A DNA stretch of 64,000 nt from Ruminococcus flavefaciens. Its GTDB lineage: Bacteria > Bacillota > Clostridia > Oscillospirales > Ruminococcaceae. Under the pieces are notes generated by a model. The model was given only the letters and a program-made list of their open reading frames with translations, was not told the origin of the DNA and made no database searches. This document shows positions 22,379-32,009 of the stretch, one piece after another (the stretch's first letter is position 1; every line of letters begins with the position of its first letter). The position numbers and the translations under genes are program-made. Where the stretch lies: positions 157,437 through 221,436 of the forward strand of contig CAMORW010000001.1 of NCBI GenBank assembly GCA_946624075.1, in the 5' to 3' direction.

Positions 22379-23317
22379 TTATTCGATCGTCTTTATATCA
22401 TCTGTTTTCTTGTTTATCCCGCTCAGCACTCCGTATGCTGCTATGAGGACTATTCCTATCGCCGCTATGGCTATCTCGGCTGCCATGAATGCCTTGGTCA
22501 CTCCGTATAGCGCTCCTGTCACCGCTTTGAATATCTGCGGCTGCTTTATCGAAAACGAATCATAATACTTCGATCCGATAAGGTACGCAGAGGGGATCAG
22601 TCCCATGAGACCTGATATAAGGAATCCTGTTCCTGACCAGTACATTGCACTGGAACGTTCCTTCCTGTTTACAACCACAAGGAGAAGCAGCATTGCAAAA
22701 ACTGATACGCATCCAACGACTGTCAGGACTGTCCTGTGCCTGTATATCTTGGAAAGCTTGGAAAGAAGCCTCCTCTTGCCTATGGTCTCAAACTTGTAGA
22801 CGTCGCTGTAATTTCCTATGGTCTTGTATGCACCGGAGATCGTTGATTCAAGGTGCTTGTCAAAGGTTTCTCTCGATTTTTCCTCCTGCTCCGGAGTAAG
22901 ATCATCCCAGTAGCCGGACTCATCTGCGTAATTGTTGAAAAATGTGGTTATGCTGTCTTCAAGCATCTTGTTTTCAGGTACCCTGACACTGAACTTCTCG
23001 CCGGTCTCCAGAGAATGGAATCCGGCTTTTATATATGCCTGTATCACTTCTTCAAGATAACCAGATGCTTCACCGTCGGTTTTAAGCGCGTCAGTAAAAA
23101 CGCTCGCCGGGATGCCTGTGGAGTTTGCTTTCTCACGGTAATAACGCTCAAGCCTTGAATATACGTCTTCATCAAGCTTTTTAGTCTCTGACATAGTCAG
23201 AAAGCGTTCCTCTGTTACATGAAGATCAGCTACTATCGCGGCTGAACATAACAGGGTTCCGAATACGAGCAGAACTGCTATTATCAGTGAGGGAAGATAT
23301 GTGCCTGCTTTTTTCAC
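22379..23317 (-). CDS. Multi-pass membrane protein of unknown function with a large extracytoplasmic loop
   Basis: One N-terminal TM, ~170-aa soluble region, three C-terminal TMs; GTGA overlap with the sortase stop. Confidence 0.75.
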   Translation of the reverse strand: MKKAGTYLPSLIIAVLLVFGTLLCSAAIVADLHVTEERFLTMSETKKLDEDVYSRLERYYREKANSTGIPASVFTDALKTDGEASGYLEEVIQAYIKAGFHSLETGEKFSVRVPENKMLEDSITTFFNNYADESGYWDDLTPEQEEKSRETFDKHLESTISGAYKTIGNYSDVYKFETIGKRRLLSKLSKIYRHRTVLTVVGCVSVFAMLLLLVVVNRKERSSAMYWSGTGFLISGLMGLIPSAYLIGSKYYDSFSIKQPQIFKAVTGALYGVTKAFMAAEIAIAAIGIVLIAAYGVLSGINKKTDDIKTIE

Positions 23318-24003
23318 TTTTCATCCTCCCCTGCATTGTAGAACTTCTTTTCGGTAAGGTCGCATATCACGCCTATCCTGTCATCCGGTGAACCGAGCAC
23401 ATCTTTTTTGCATGTGTACAGCGTAAGTCTGTCATCTTCTGATGGTACTACATACTTGCTGCTTGTCTTTTTGAACGATATCCGCTCTCTTACTGTATAG
23501 GTGAATACTCCGTAATTCGTTTTCAGCGTTACTGTATCCCCTTCTTCAAGCTCGGAAAGCTTCGCAAAATATGTGTCCTCGTGGGCGCTTATTACGGTGT
23601 TTCCTTTATCACCGGCTATCACCGATCCGGTGGACTGGCATGCTCCGCGCTCGAAAAGGTCTATATCACTGCCCCAGTAAACAGGAACGTCAAGTTCCAG
23701 CTTTTCTGATGTTATGACAGCGTACATCTCTCCGTACTTGGGACGGATGAATTCTCCGGTATCACTGGTGTTTCCGGTATATTCTTCAACTATCTCGTTT
23801 TCGCGTATTATCAGTCCTTTAGACTCGTCATCAGGATCTGTCTTCAGATCGTCCATAAACAACAGGTTGAGATAGACTTTCATCTTGTCTTTTGGCTTGA
23901 TAGAAGCTGTCAGCATGATGCCGAGACTAAGCGCTGCTACGATCAGAGGCGTCACTGCGTGGAGAATTATAACTTTTGACTTGTTTTTTCCGGTGTTACT
24001 CAT
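23314..24003 (-). CDS. Class D-like sortase
   Basis: N-terminal TM; GNTVISAH.DTYF (His), LTLYTC (Cys), DRIGV (Arg); VPVY.G. Confidence 0.9.
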   Translation of the reverse strand: MSNTGKNKSKVIILHAVTPLIVAALSLGIMLTASIKPKDKMKVYLNLLFMDDLKTDPDDESKGLIIRENEIVEEYTGNTSDTGEFIRPKYGEMYAVITSEKLELDVPVYWGSDIDLFERGACQSTGSVIAGDKGNTVISAHEDTYFAKLSELEEGDTVTLKTNYGVFTYTVRERISFKKTSSKYVVPSEDDRLTLYTCKKDVLGSPDDRIGVICDLTEKKFYNAGEDEK

Positions 24004-24943
24004 TATCTGCTCCGTTCTCATTTACTGAAAAGCACTTGCGTATCAGCATATACAGTGCCGCTGATGAACCAAGTATCAGAACAGCGGAAAGAAGATATGT
24101 GCCGCGTCTGTCATATCCGGTATCTTCCACTATGACTCCGGCATTCGCTACTGCAAGCAGTTCTCCGGTGTCGCCGTCACGCATCGCCACTGATATCGAA
24201 TCGTCGCTTATCTCGTCTATGGTGATGTTCATTCCCATTGCGTCAGCTGCGTTTGAAAGCTTATCCACAACTTCCATTTTTGTATCAGTCGGGGCTTGCT
24301 TCATCAGACTGCGGTATTCCTCCGGTGTGAGGTTATTTATGAACACCTGCTGCTGTTCAGGAGTGAAGGTCCGCAGATATGCCATTTTATCTTCATAGGA
24401 AAGAGATATGAATTCCTTTATCCCCATTCTGGTAAATGTAGTTCCGTCAGGCATGGTGAGTGTGATATCCGGATCAGGATCTTTCTCCTGTGCCGGGGCT
24501 TCTCCGTTATTGGCAGAAGATGTGGTCATTGTACCGGAAGATGTACTTGTCGTTCCCGAGGTCTTTCCGGATGATGCGCTTGTTGTCTTCCCGGAAACAC
24601 CTGTCTGCTTTGATGTGGTGGTCACTGTCGCAGAAGTTGTAGATGCGGTAGTTGTCGTGGTACGGGTATACGCATTGGGATCGTATGCACCGGTCGTTAC
24701 CAGCTGGTATCCCGCATCGCGGATAGCTTCTATGGCTTCATTAAAATCAGCTTCGGTGTATTTTCCCGGATCCTGATAATACCGGTTGTAGCCCTGCTGT
24801 ATCATATCCTCAGAATAGCCGTATTCTCTTGCAACAGCTGCTACATCATCTACTGTCGTGGCTGTTGCAGCTGTCCCGCACACCATCATTCCTGCTGCCG
24901 CAGCAACTGCTGCAAAGAATGGTATTATATATTTTCTTAACAT
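23996..24943 (-). CDS. Secreted protein with S/T-rich linker and putative sortase signal (VEDTG-TM-RK)
   Basis: Signal peptide MLRKYIIPFFAAVAAAAG, Thr/Ser-rich tract, C-terminal IVEDTG followed by a hydrophobic helix and RK; ATG 24943 after AAGGAGG. Confidence 0.75.
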   Translation of the reverse strand: MLRKYIIPFFAAVAAAAGMMVCGTAATATTVDDVAAVAREYGYSEDMIQQGYNRYYQDPGKYTEADFNEAIEAIRDAGYQLVTTGAYDPNAYTRTTTTTASTTSATVTTTSKQTGVSGKTTSASSGKTSGTTSTSSGTMTTSSANNGEAPAQEKDPDPDITLTMPDGTTFTRMGIKEFISLSYEDKMAYLRTFTPEQQQVFINNLTPEEYRSLMKQAPTDTKMEVVDKLSNAADAMGMNITIDEISDDSISVAMRDGDTGELLAVANAGVIVEDTGYDRRGTYLLSAVLILGSSAALYMLIRKCFSVNENGADNE

Positions 24944-25007
24944 ATATTCCTCCTTTGTGATATGCCGTATGCGCTGCTGATAATTCCGCGCATATATACA
25001 CATAGTT

Positions 25008-25036
25008 ATTATACCTGTTTTTACCGGTATTGTCAA
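25008..25036 (-). promoter_or_regulatory. Sigma-A promoter of the sortase cassette
   Basis: Perfect TTGACA-N17-TATAAT. Confidence 0.8.
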
Positions 25037-25149
25037 GTTCACACTGCTTTGCAGGAGATGTTTCATCATTCTGTCACAGCATTTACACTTTTGCGCTGTT
25101 TCCGTCATATAAAAGGAGTCCGGAACTGTTTGTCCCGGACTCTCTGCTA

Positions 25150-26256
25150 TTACTTATCCTGCACTTTACCGGCTTCTGCAAGCCTTCTTGCTTCTGTCAG
25201 GTCGTATATATCTATTATGCCGTCATCCTCAAGGTCATACTCTTTCCAGTTTTCGGCTGTTATGCCGCTGTCAGGTCTGCCAAGGATATATGAAGAAAGG
25301 GACGAGACAAGTTCAGCTCCTGTGTGCTGGTCAGGCACTGTTGTCGTAGTGGTGGTGGTTGTGGAAGCAGTCGTAGTTGTCGTGGTGGTTGTGGCAGTAG
25401 TTGTGGTCGTGCTGACCTCGGGCTGCTGAGTTCCGCTCAGATAACTGTCAAGCGTCGCTGCCCAGTAGCTTCCCATTTTCTCGTATCCGTTCTCATTTGG
25501 ATGAACACCGTCATACAGGTCAGTGGATACATCCACTACGCTGTGGATATCGGCGAACCTTACATTCTTTCCCTCTCCCTGCATCTTGGTCACAAGTGTA
25601 TTTATTGAACTGTTGTAGCTGTCAATGTAGCCCTGTACTATCTTTGCGAAGTCTTCCTCGGTATTGGACCATTTTACATCTCCGTATGCCCAGAGCCAGC
25701 TGTTCACTTCTATGGCGTCTATGTCCGGGATAGTGGTGACGTATACAAGCTCGTCTTCACTTCCTCTGCTCAGTATGTAATCTATGAGGTTTTCAAGGCG
25801 GTCGGTTATACCTTCGTTGTAGGCACTGAGTATATCGTTCGTTCCTATCTGGAGCAGTACGATGTCCGGCGAATAGGCTGCTATAAGGTCGCCTTCCTGC
25901 AAGGTCTCAAGTATTCCCTGACGTGTCTCTGTACCGGTCATATACTGTATCGCATATCCGCTGTAACCGGCATAATTCCCGTCATACTCAACTTCACTGC
26001 CGTTGTATACGAACTTTTCAGTATCGCTGCCTTTCGGGCCTACAAGGTCGATGTTGCTGTATCCCATATTCCGGAGCTGCATGCTGAGATACTTGCGGTA
26101 TCCGCCCTGTGTCCAGTAGCCGTCAGTTATGGAATCGCCCACACACATTACCTTTAAAGGCTCTGTTTTTTCTGCTGCTGACGGTACAACTCCCTGAGGT
26201 ATGGAAGCTATAGTCACTGCCGCTGCCGTCAGCACCTTTGTTATTCTCTTTTTCAT
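25150..26256 (-). CDS. Secreted SGNH/GDSL esterase (CE3-like) with Thr linker and degenerate dockerin
   Basis: Signal peptide; GDSITDG, GTND, DGVHPN blocks; poly-Thr linker; C-terminal DLEDDGIIDIYD Ca-loop. Confidence 0.85.
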   Translation of the reverse strand: MKKRITKVLTAAAVTIASIPQGVVPSAAEKTEPLKVMCVGDSITDGYWTQGGYRKYLSMQLRNMGYSNIDLVGPKGSDTEKFVYNGSEVEYDGNYAGYSGYAIQYMTGTETRQGILETLQEGDLIAAYSPDIVLLQIGTNDILSAYNEGITDRLENLIDYILSRGSEDELVYVTTIPDIDAIEVNSWLWAYGDVKWSNTEEDFAKIVQGYIDSYNSSINTLVTKMQGEGKNVRFADIHSVVDVSTDLYDGVHPNENGYEKMGSYWAATLDSYLSGTQQPEVSTTTTTATTTTTTTTASTTTTTTTTVPDQHTGAELVSSLSSYILGRPDSGITAENWKEYDLEDDGIIDIYDLTEARRLAEAGKVQDK

Positions 26257-26375
26257 TCTAACTCCTCCGTTATAAGCAGCTGCCTAATGCTACTTTTTGT
26301 GCTATAAACATATTAGCACATTTTTGCTCGTTTTTCAAGGCTCTGCGCAATATTTTTCAATTTCTTCATATTCTC

Positions 26376-26404
26376 TTGACAATGTCATCAGTTGAAGATA
26401 TAAT
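26376..26404 (+). promoter_or_regulatory. Sigma-A promoter of the PflX-like gene
   Basis: Perfect TTGACA-N17-TATAAT. Confidence 0.8.
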
Positions 26405-26410
26405 CTAATT

Positions 26411-27322
26411 ATGATGAATAATTATGATATCCCGGAAATGAAATGCTGTACCCTTTGCCCGAGAAAATGTATGGCAGACCGGACAGTTTCCCATGGTGTA
26501 TGCGGTGCCGGGGTGCTGACCGCTGCCGCTAAAGCTTCACTGCATAAATGGGAGGAACCCTGCATCTCTTATAAAAATGGCGCCGGGACCGTTTTTTTCT
26601 CAGGATGCAGCCTGCATTGCAGATTCTGTCAGAACAACAGCATCAGCAACGAACTTTACGGAAAAGAACTCACTATACCTCAGCTCGCTGATGTATTCCT
26701 TTCACTGCGTGACAAAGGCGCCGATAATATTGAACTCGTGACGCCTACTCACTTTGTACCGCAGATAGTCCGTGCCCTTGATATGGTCAAAGACCGGCTC
26801 GGTATACCGGTGGTCTATAATACCGGCGGCTATGAACTGAAAAGCACTATCGACATGCTCAACGGCTATATTGACGTATATATGCCGGATATCAAGTACT
26901 TCTCCTCTGAGATCTCCGCACGGTATTCATCTGCTCCGGATTACTTCGAATGTGCTTCTGAAGCTGTGAAAGCTATGATAAAACAGGTGGGCAGACTTTC
27001 ATACAACAGTGAAGGAGGACTTATGCGCGGTACTATTATCCGTCACCTTGTCCTCCCCTCTCACCGTCATGATTCTATCAGCATCATGGACTGGATAGCT
27101 GCTAATACGTCTCCTGATAACGTTCTTGTCAGCATTATGAACCAGTATACCCCTTTCAGCTTCGTGCCGGACGATATGCCGGAACTGAAGCGCAGAGTCA
27201 CTAAAATGGAGTACCGCACTGTCGCAGAACACGCTGCCGCTCTCGGTATCAACGGCTTTACACAGCAGAGTTCTTCTGCTAAGGCTGATTATGTTCCGGA
27301 CTTCGACCTTTCGGGACTATGA
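26411..27322 (+). CDS. PflX-like radical SAM protein (putative pyruvate formate-lyase activating-enzyme family)
   Basis: C.LCPR.C, H.WEEPCIS, FFSGCSLHCRFCQN, YNTGGYE, RHLVLP, IM.QYTP. Confidence 0.9.
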   Translation: MMNNYDIPEMKCCTLCPRKCMADRTVSHGVCGAGVLTAAAKASLHKWEEPCISYKNGAGTVFFSGCSLHCRFCQNNSISNELYGKELTIPQLADVFLSLRDKGADNIELVTPTHFVPQIVRALDMVKDRLGIPVVYNTGGYELKSTIDMLNGYIDVYMPDIKYFSSEISARYSSAPDYFECASEAVKAMIKQVGRLSYNSEGGLMRGTIIRHLVLPSHRHDSISIMDWIAANTSPDNVLVSIMNQYTPFSFVPDDMPELKRRVTKMEYRTVAEHAAALGINGFTQQSSSAKADYVPDFDLSGL

Positions 27323-29671
27323 GTGCTGTACCGTCTCTGTGACGGGAACTATGCACACCTTCTCTCCGTCATAGCCTACACACAGTTTTTCTCCGGAGTT
27401 CACTTCTGAATCCACTATCATATGCGCCAGTTCGTTCTCTACAAGCTCGGTAACCCGACGCTTTATGGGGCGCGCTCCGTATCGCTCGGTCTCCTTTGCT
27501 GACGCTACAGCTTCTATCAGCGACTGCGAGAATACAAGTTCTATGCCTATCGATGCTGCGCGTTTTTTCAGGTCATCAAGTACTATCCGGCTTATCTGCC
27601 TCATGTCTTCGTATCCGAGCCTGCCAAATACCACAAGTTCGTCTATCCTGTTTATCAGTTCCGGCGAGAAATAGTCCCTTATGCGTGAAAGCACCCTGTC
27701 TTCACGGTCACCATTCTCTTCTGCTGAAAAACCCAGTGACTGGCGCTCTGTCAGTTCCTCTGCTCCAACGTTGGACGTCATTATTATTATACAGCTCCTG
27801 AAACTAACTCTTCGCATGGCTGAATCTGTCAGGAAACCTTCGTCAAGTATCTGGAGCAGAAGATTCAGCACTTCGGGATCTGCTTTCTCTATCTCATCGA
27901 ACAGTACCAGTGAATAGGGATTCCTGCGTACACGTCCGCAGAGATTGTTTCCGTTGTCTTCATATCCTGCATATCCGGGCGGCGCTCCTATCAGTTTTGA
28001 TGAGGAGTGCTTTTCCATATATTCAGACATGTCAACTCGTATAAAACTGCTTTCCGTTTTGTATAAAAGCTCTGCAAGAGCCTTGGCAAGTTCGGTCTTG
28101 CCAACGCCGGTCGGTCCGGCAAACAGAAATGACGCCATCGGACGGCTGCCGTCCCTCAGACCTGAACGTGCTCTCACTATGGCATCTGTTACTCGTCTTA
28201 CTGCGTCACTGTGTCCTATGACACGCTCTGACAGGCGCTTGCCGAGTGTGCCTATCTCCTGGGATTCCGTGTCCTTTATCTTGCTGACGGGAATTCCTGT
28301 GCGCGTGGAGATGACTGCTGATACGTCATCTTCTGTAAGTTCAGTCTCTTCATCACTTTTCAGATACCTGCCAAGCTCGTCAAGACCTATCCCGCTGTTC
28401 GCCATGTCTATAAGTGCAGTGTCCTTTTTTATTACACCGGAACTGCTCCGTATCTTCGCTCTTGCACAGGCTTCATCTATAACATCAAGTGCCTTATCAG
28501 GCAGAAAACGGTCAGTTATATACCTGACTGACATATCTACGGAGTATCTGACGATATCTTCACTTATCCGGACACCGTGGAATTTTTCATAGTTGCTGCG
28601 GAGTCCGATTATCATATCTGCACATTCATCTGCTGCCGGTTCGTCTATCTTTACCGGCTGGAAACGTCGCTCCAATGCAGGATCTTTCTCTATTGTCCTG
28701 CGGTATTCTTCAAATGTGGTCGCGCCTATCAGATGAAGTTCTCCGCGTGCAAGCATGGGCTTCATTATATTTGCAGCATCTATCGCGCCTTCTGCTGCTC
28801 CGGCACCTGATATTGTGTGGATCTCATCTATGAACAGGATTATATTCCCGGCACCTGCTGCTTCTTCTATGCAGGCTTTAAGCCGCTCTTCGAAGTCTCC
28901 GCGGTATTTGGCTCCGGCTATGAGAGATGTGAGATCAAGGGAAAATATATAATGGTTTTTCAGCGTATCCGGTACAAGATCACGCACGAAAAGTCTGGCT
29001 ACGCCTTCGACGATCGCTGTTTTCCCGACTCCGGCTTCACCTATCAGACAGGGATTGTTCTTGTTCCGCCTTGCAAGCACCTGTAGTATCCGCTCAGTCT
29101 CGCGTTCCCTGCCTATAAGCGGATCACCTTTCTTCAGTATTGCTGTATCTGTGAGATTCCTCCCGTATCTGAAAAGGTTGGGATAATGCGACGGCCGCGG
29201 CTTTATGGATTCATACATCTCGGTCTGTATCTCGTCTGAACATATGCCCCCAAGTCCGCTGCATATACCGCGGATATCTCCGTTCAGCTTTTTTATCAAT
29301 GTACATGCGCTGCACGATTGCTCTTCAAGCATTGCTGCAAGCAGATGCTCCGGTGCTGCCTGCTTTTTACCGCATCTCTGCGCGATACGATACGATGTGT
29401 CAAGCACTTTCTTTGCCGCTGTGGTAAGATAGCGCTGATTCAGTTCGGACGGCAGCCCCTGCCCCACCATTTCTATCACTTCCCTGCGCAGTTCATCGTA
29501 GGCAACTCCGTTATCTATCAGTATATCTGCTGTACCGGATGCTGATTCGTCTGTCATTGCCAGCAGTATATGCTCGGTACCGATGTAGGTATGCCCAAGC
29601 CCGGATGCTTCCGCTGTCGCACGGTCTATAAGTCTGAGCGAACGTTTGTTGAATCTCTCTGTGTTTATCAT
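27317..29671 (-). CDS. ClpC-like ATP-dependent Clp ATPase with a shortened middle domain
   Basis: Double Clp-N repeat, GEAGVGKT and [14 protein letters not shown] and FDEIEK, LGF loop, GARPI. Confidence 0.9.
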   Translation of the reverse strand: MINTERFNKRSLRLIDRATAEASGLGHTYIGTEHILLAMTDESASGTADILIDNGVAYDELRREVIEMVGQGLPSELNQRYLTTAAKKVLDTSYRIAQRCGKKQAAPEHLLAAMLEEQSCSACTLIKKLNGDIRGICSGLGGICSDEIQTEMYESIKPRPSHYPNLFRYGRNLTDTAILKKGDPLIGRERETERILQVLARRNKNNPCLIGEAGVGKTAIVEGVARLFVRDLVPDTLKNHYIFSLDLTSLIAGAKYRGDFEERLKACIEEAAGAGNIILFIDEIHTISGAGAAEGAIDAANIMKPMLARGELHLIGATTFEEYRRTIEKDPALERRFQPVKIDEPAADECADMIIGLRSNYEKFHGVRISEDIVRYSVDMSVRYITDRFLPDKALDVIDEACARAKIRSSSGVIKKDTALIDMANSGIGLDELGRYLKSDEETELTEDDVSAVISTRTGIPVSKIKDTESQEIGTLGKRLSERVIGHSDAVRRVTDAIVRARSGLRDGSRPMASFLFAGPTGVGKTELAKALAELLYKTESSFIRVDMSEYMEKHSSSKLIGAPPGYAGYEDNGNNLCGRVRRNPYSLVLFDEIEKADPEVLNLLLQILDEGFLTDSAMRRVSFRSCIIIMTSNVGAEELTERQSLGFSAEENGDREDRVLSRIRDYFSPELINRIDELVVFGRLGYEDMRQISRIVLDDLKKRAASIGIELVFSQSLIEAVASAKETERYGARPIKRRVTELVENELAHMIVDSEVNSGEKLCVGYDGEKVCIVPVTETVQHS

Positions 29672-29845
29672 TTGTTCTCCTCCTGTTGATTTGTTCCTTA
29701 CATATTATGCCACCTTTGCCGTGCGATAACTGTCGAAACTCATGCGCTTTACGGAATTGTAACACATTTTTCTGAGCAGCATACTATGTACTATGAAGCG
29801 GAGAGATAACCGCCTCAAATACATTGACACAAGGAGTGTTTGATT

Positions 29846-29980
29846 ATGTGTAATTCTTGCTTTGGTGGAAATAACTGCTGGTGCATCATCCTTCTGGTGC
29901 TTCTCTTCATCATCCTCTTCTCAGGCTGCGGCTGCAACAACGGCTGCGATAACAACAACGGCTGCGGATGCGGATGCTGA
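29846..29980 (+). CDS. 44-aa cysteine-rich membrane microprotein, below the ORF-track cutoff
   Basis: AAGGAG RBS; MCNSCFGGNNCWCIILLVLLFIILFSGCGCNNGCDNNNGCGCGC*; followed by a terminator. Confidence 0.85.
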   Translation: MCNSCFGGNNCWCIILLVLLFIILFSGCGCNNGCDNNNGCGCGC

Positions 29981-29987
29981 TAAAATG

Positions 29988-30022
29988 AAAAAGGGCTGCC
30001 TCCGGGCAGCCCTCTGCTTTTT
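29988..30022. terminator. Bidirectional terminator between the microprotein and clpX
   Basis: AGGGCTGCC-TCCG-GGCAGCCCT with A and T tails. Confidence 0.8.
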
Positions 30023-30029
30023 ATACTGT

Positions 30030-31334
30030 TCAGCTCACAGCAGGTGTTACCACCTTGTTGCGTCTGTTTATCACTACCGGCTGTGTGCCGTTCACAACAC
30101 AATCAGCTGTTACTGTTACCTTAGCGATGCTCGTATCAGACGGTACAGCGTACATAGTCTTCATGAGTATGCCTTCAAGAATGGAACGAAGTCCTCTTGC
30201 TCCGGTCTTCTGTGCTATCGCTTTCTTCGCTATCTCAACAAGAGCGTCGTCTTCGATCTCAAGCTCGATATCATCATACTCAAAGAGCTTCTTATACTGC
30301 TTTATCAGCGCATTCTTCGGCTCGGTAAGTATGCGGACAAGTGATGCTTCGTCAAGTTCTTCAAGTACTGATATTACCGGAAGTCTTCCGACAAACTCAG
30401 GTACCATTCCGAACTTTACAAGATCCTTCGGGATGACCTTCTTGAAGATATTGTCCTTCTCTTCCTGATGTGTCTTGATCTCACCGCCGAAACCTATCGG
30501 TGCTTTGCCGATGCGCTTCTGGATCTGCCTTTCAAGTCCGTCAAATGCTCCGCCGCAGATGAAGAGGATATTCTTGGTATTGATCTGTATCACTTCCTGG
30601 TTCGGATGCTTTCTTCCGCCCTGGGGTGGTACATTCGATACTGTTCCCTCTATTATTTTCAGAAGTGCCTGTTGTACGCCCTCACCGCTTACGTCACGGG
30701 TAAGTGAGGTGTTCTCGGACTTTCTCGCTATCTTGTCGATCTCGTCGATATAGATGATACCGCGCTCTGCTGCCTTTATATCAAAGTCAGCTGCCTGTAT
30801 CAGCCTGAGCAGCACGTTCTCTACATCGTCGCCTACATATCCGGCTTCTGTTATTGTCGTTGCATCAGCTATGGCAAAGGGGACATTGAGCAGCTTTGCA
30901 AGTGTCTGGGCAAGGAATGTCTTGCCGACACCGGTCGGTCCGAGAAGAAGCACGTTGCTCTTCTGGAGCTCTACGCCGTCTTCCTTATCCTTCGTAAACT
31001 GCTTTTCCATAGCTTCCTGACTCAGTATGCGCTTATAATGATTATACACAGCTACAGCAAGGGATATCTTTGCATCCTCCTGCCCGATAACATATTCATC
31101 AAGGAACTCCTTTATCTCTACAGGCTTCAGGAGCTTCATAGATGAAAGATTCTGATCTGCATTATCATTCTTTGCAGACTTTCTCTGCGTTTTGGCGAGA
31201 TTAGGACCATAAAGCATATCATAGCAGTAGGTAACACACTCGTCGCAGATATTAGCTGCACCTGCCGAAAACATGCTGTGTACCCTGTTTTCTCCTTTGC
31301 CGCAGAAGCTGCACGACTTAAATGTTTCCACCAT
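30030..31334 (-). CDS. clpX: ATP-dependent Clp protease ATP-binding subunit ClpX
   Basis: CSFCGK..ICDECV zinc domain, [27 protein letters not shown] loop. Confidence 0.98.
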   Translation of the reverse strand: MVETFKSCSFCGKGENRVHSMFSAGAANICDECVTYCYDMLYGPNLAKTQRKSAKNDNADQNLSSMKLLKPVEIKEFLDEYVIGQEDAKISLAVAVYNHYKRILSQEAMEKQFTKDKEDGVELQKSNVLLLGPTGVGKTFLAQTLAKLLNVPFAIADATTITEAGYVGDDVENVLLRLIQAADFDIKAAERGIIYIDEIDKIARKSENTSLTRDVSGEGVQQALLKIIEGTVSNVPPQGGRKHPNQEVIQINTKNILFICGGAFDGLERQIQKRIGKAPIGFGGEIKTHQEEKDNIFKKVIPKDLVKFGMVPEFVGRLPVISVLEELDEASLVRILTEPKNALIKQYKKLFEYDDIELEIEDDALVEIAKKAIAQKTGARGLRSILEGILMKTMYAVPSDTSIAKVTVTADCVVNGTQPVVINRRNKVVTPAVS

Positions 31335-31341
31335 TCAAAAC

Positions 31342-31932
31342 CTACCTTTTTGTGATCACCTTGTCGATGAGTCCGAAATCCAGTGCTTCCTGTGCTGTCA
31401 TGTAGTTGTCACGCTCACAGGCAAGATGTATCTCTTCCACTGTCTTTCCCGTATTACCGGCAAGTATTGCTTCCATACGATCTCTTGTACGTTCAAGATT
31501 CTTAGCGTGTATCATAATATCTGTCTGCTGACCGCCAAGTCCTCCGCCAATGAGAGGCTGATGTATCATGATCTCACTGTTGGGCAGTGCGAATCTCTTG
31601 CCCTTTGCTCCTGCTGAAAGCAGGAATGCTCCCATCGAAGCTGCCATTCCTATACATATTGTCGAAACGTCACACTTGATGTAGTTCATAGTATCAAAAA
31701 TAGCCATGCCAGCTGTAACAGATCCGCCAGGGCTGTTGATATATAATGATATATCCTTCTCTGTATCCTGACTCTCAAGATAAAGCAGCTGTGCTACTAT
31801 AACACTTGCTGTAGCATCGTTTACCTGATCCGAAAGCATGATTATCCTGTCATTGAGCAGCCTTGAGTAGATATCATATGACCTTTCTCCTCTGCTTGTC
31901 TGTTCAACGACATATGGTACTAATACACTCAT
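31342..31932 (-). CDS. clpP: ATP-dependent Clp protease proteolytic subunit
   Basis: [34 protein letters not shown]. Confidence 0.98.
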   Translation of the reverse strand: MSVLVPYVVEQTSRGERSYDIYSRLLNDRIIMLSDQVNDATASVIVAQLLYLESQDTEKDISLYINSPGGSVTAGMAIFDTMNYIKCDVSTICIGMAASMGAFLLSAGAKGKRFALPNSEIMIHQPLIGGGLGGQQTDIMIHAKNLERTRDRMEAILAGNTGKTVEEIHLACERDNYMTAQEALDFGLIDKVITKR

Positions 31933-31958
31933 GATTCATCGTCCTTTCTGTAAATGGT

Positions 31959-31985
31959 GTTGTCCCACATGGTCTGTGGGACAAC
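31959..31985 (-). terminator. Hairpin between tig and clpP
   Basis: GTTGTCCCACA/TGTGGGACAAC 11-bp stem. Confidence 0.55.
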
Positions 31986-32009
31986 GTTATATTATTTTTT
32001 ATATATTGC

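Noticed and set aside
25364-25412. Thr-codon runs here and at 24540-24665 as DNA repeats
   Set aside because: The codons vary synonymously; these are ordinary protein linkers, not tandem DNA repeats.
27317-27322. Short convergent 3' overlaps (PflX-like/ClpC here; rluA/tyrA at 59408-59415)
   Set aside because: Overlaps of 6-8 bp between convergent genes are common and show no extra structure.
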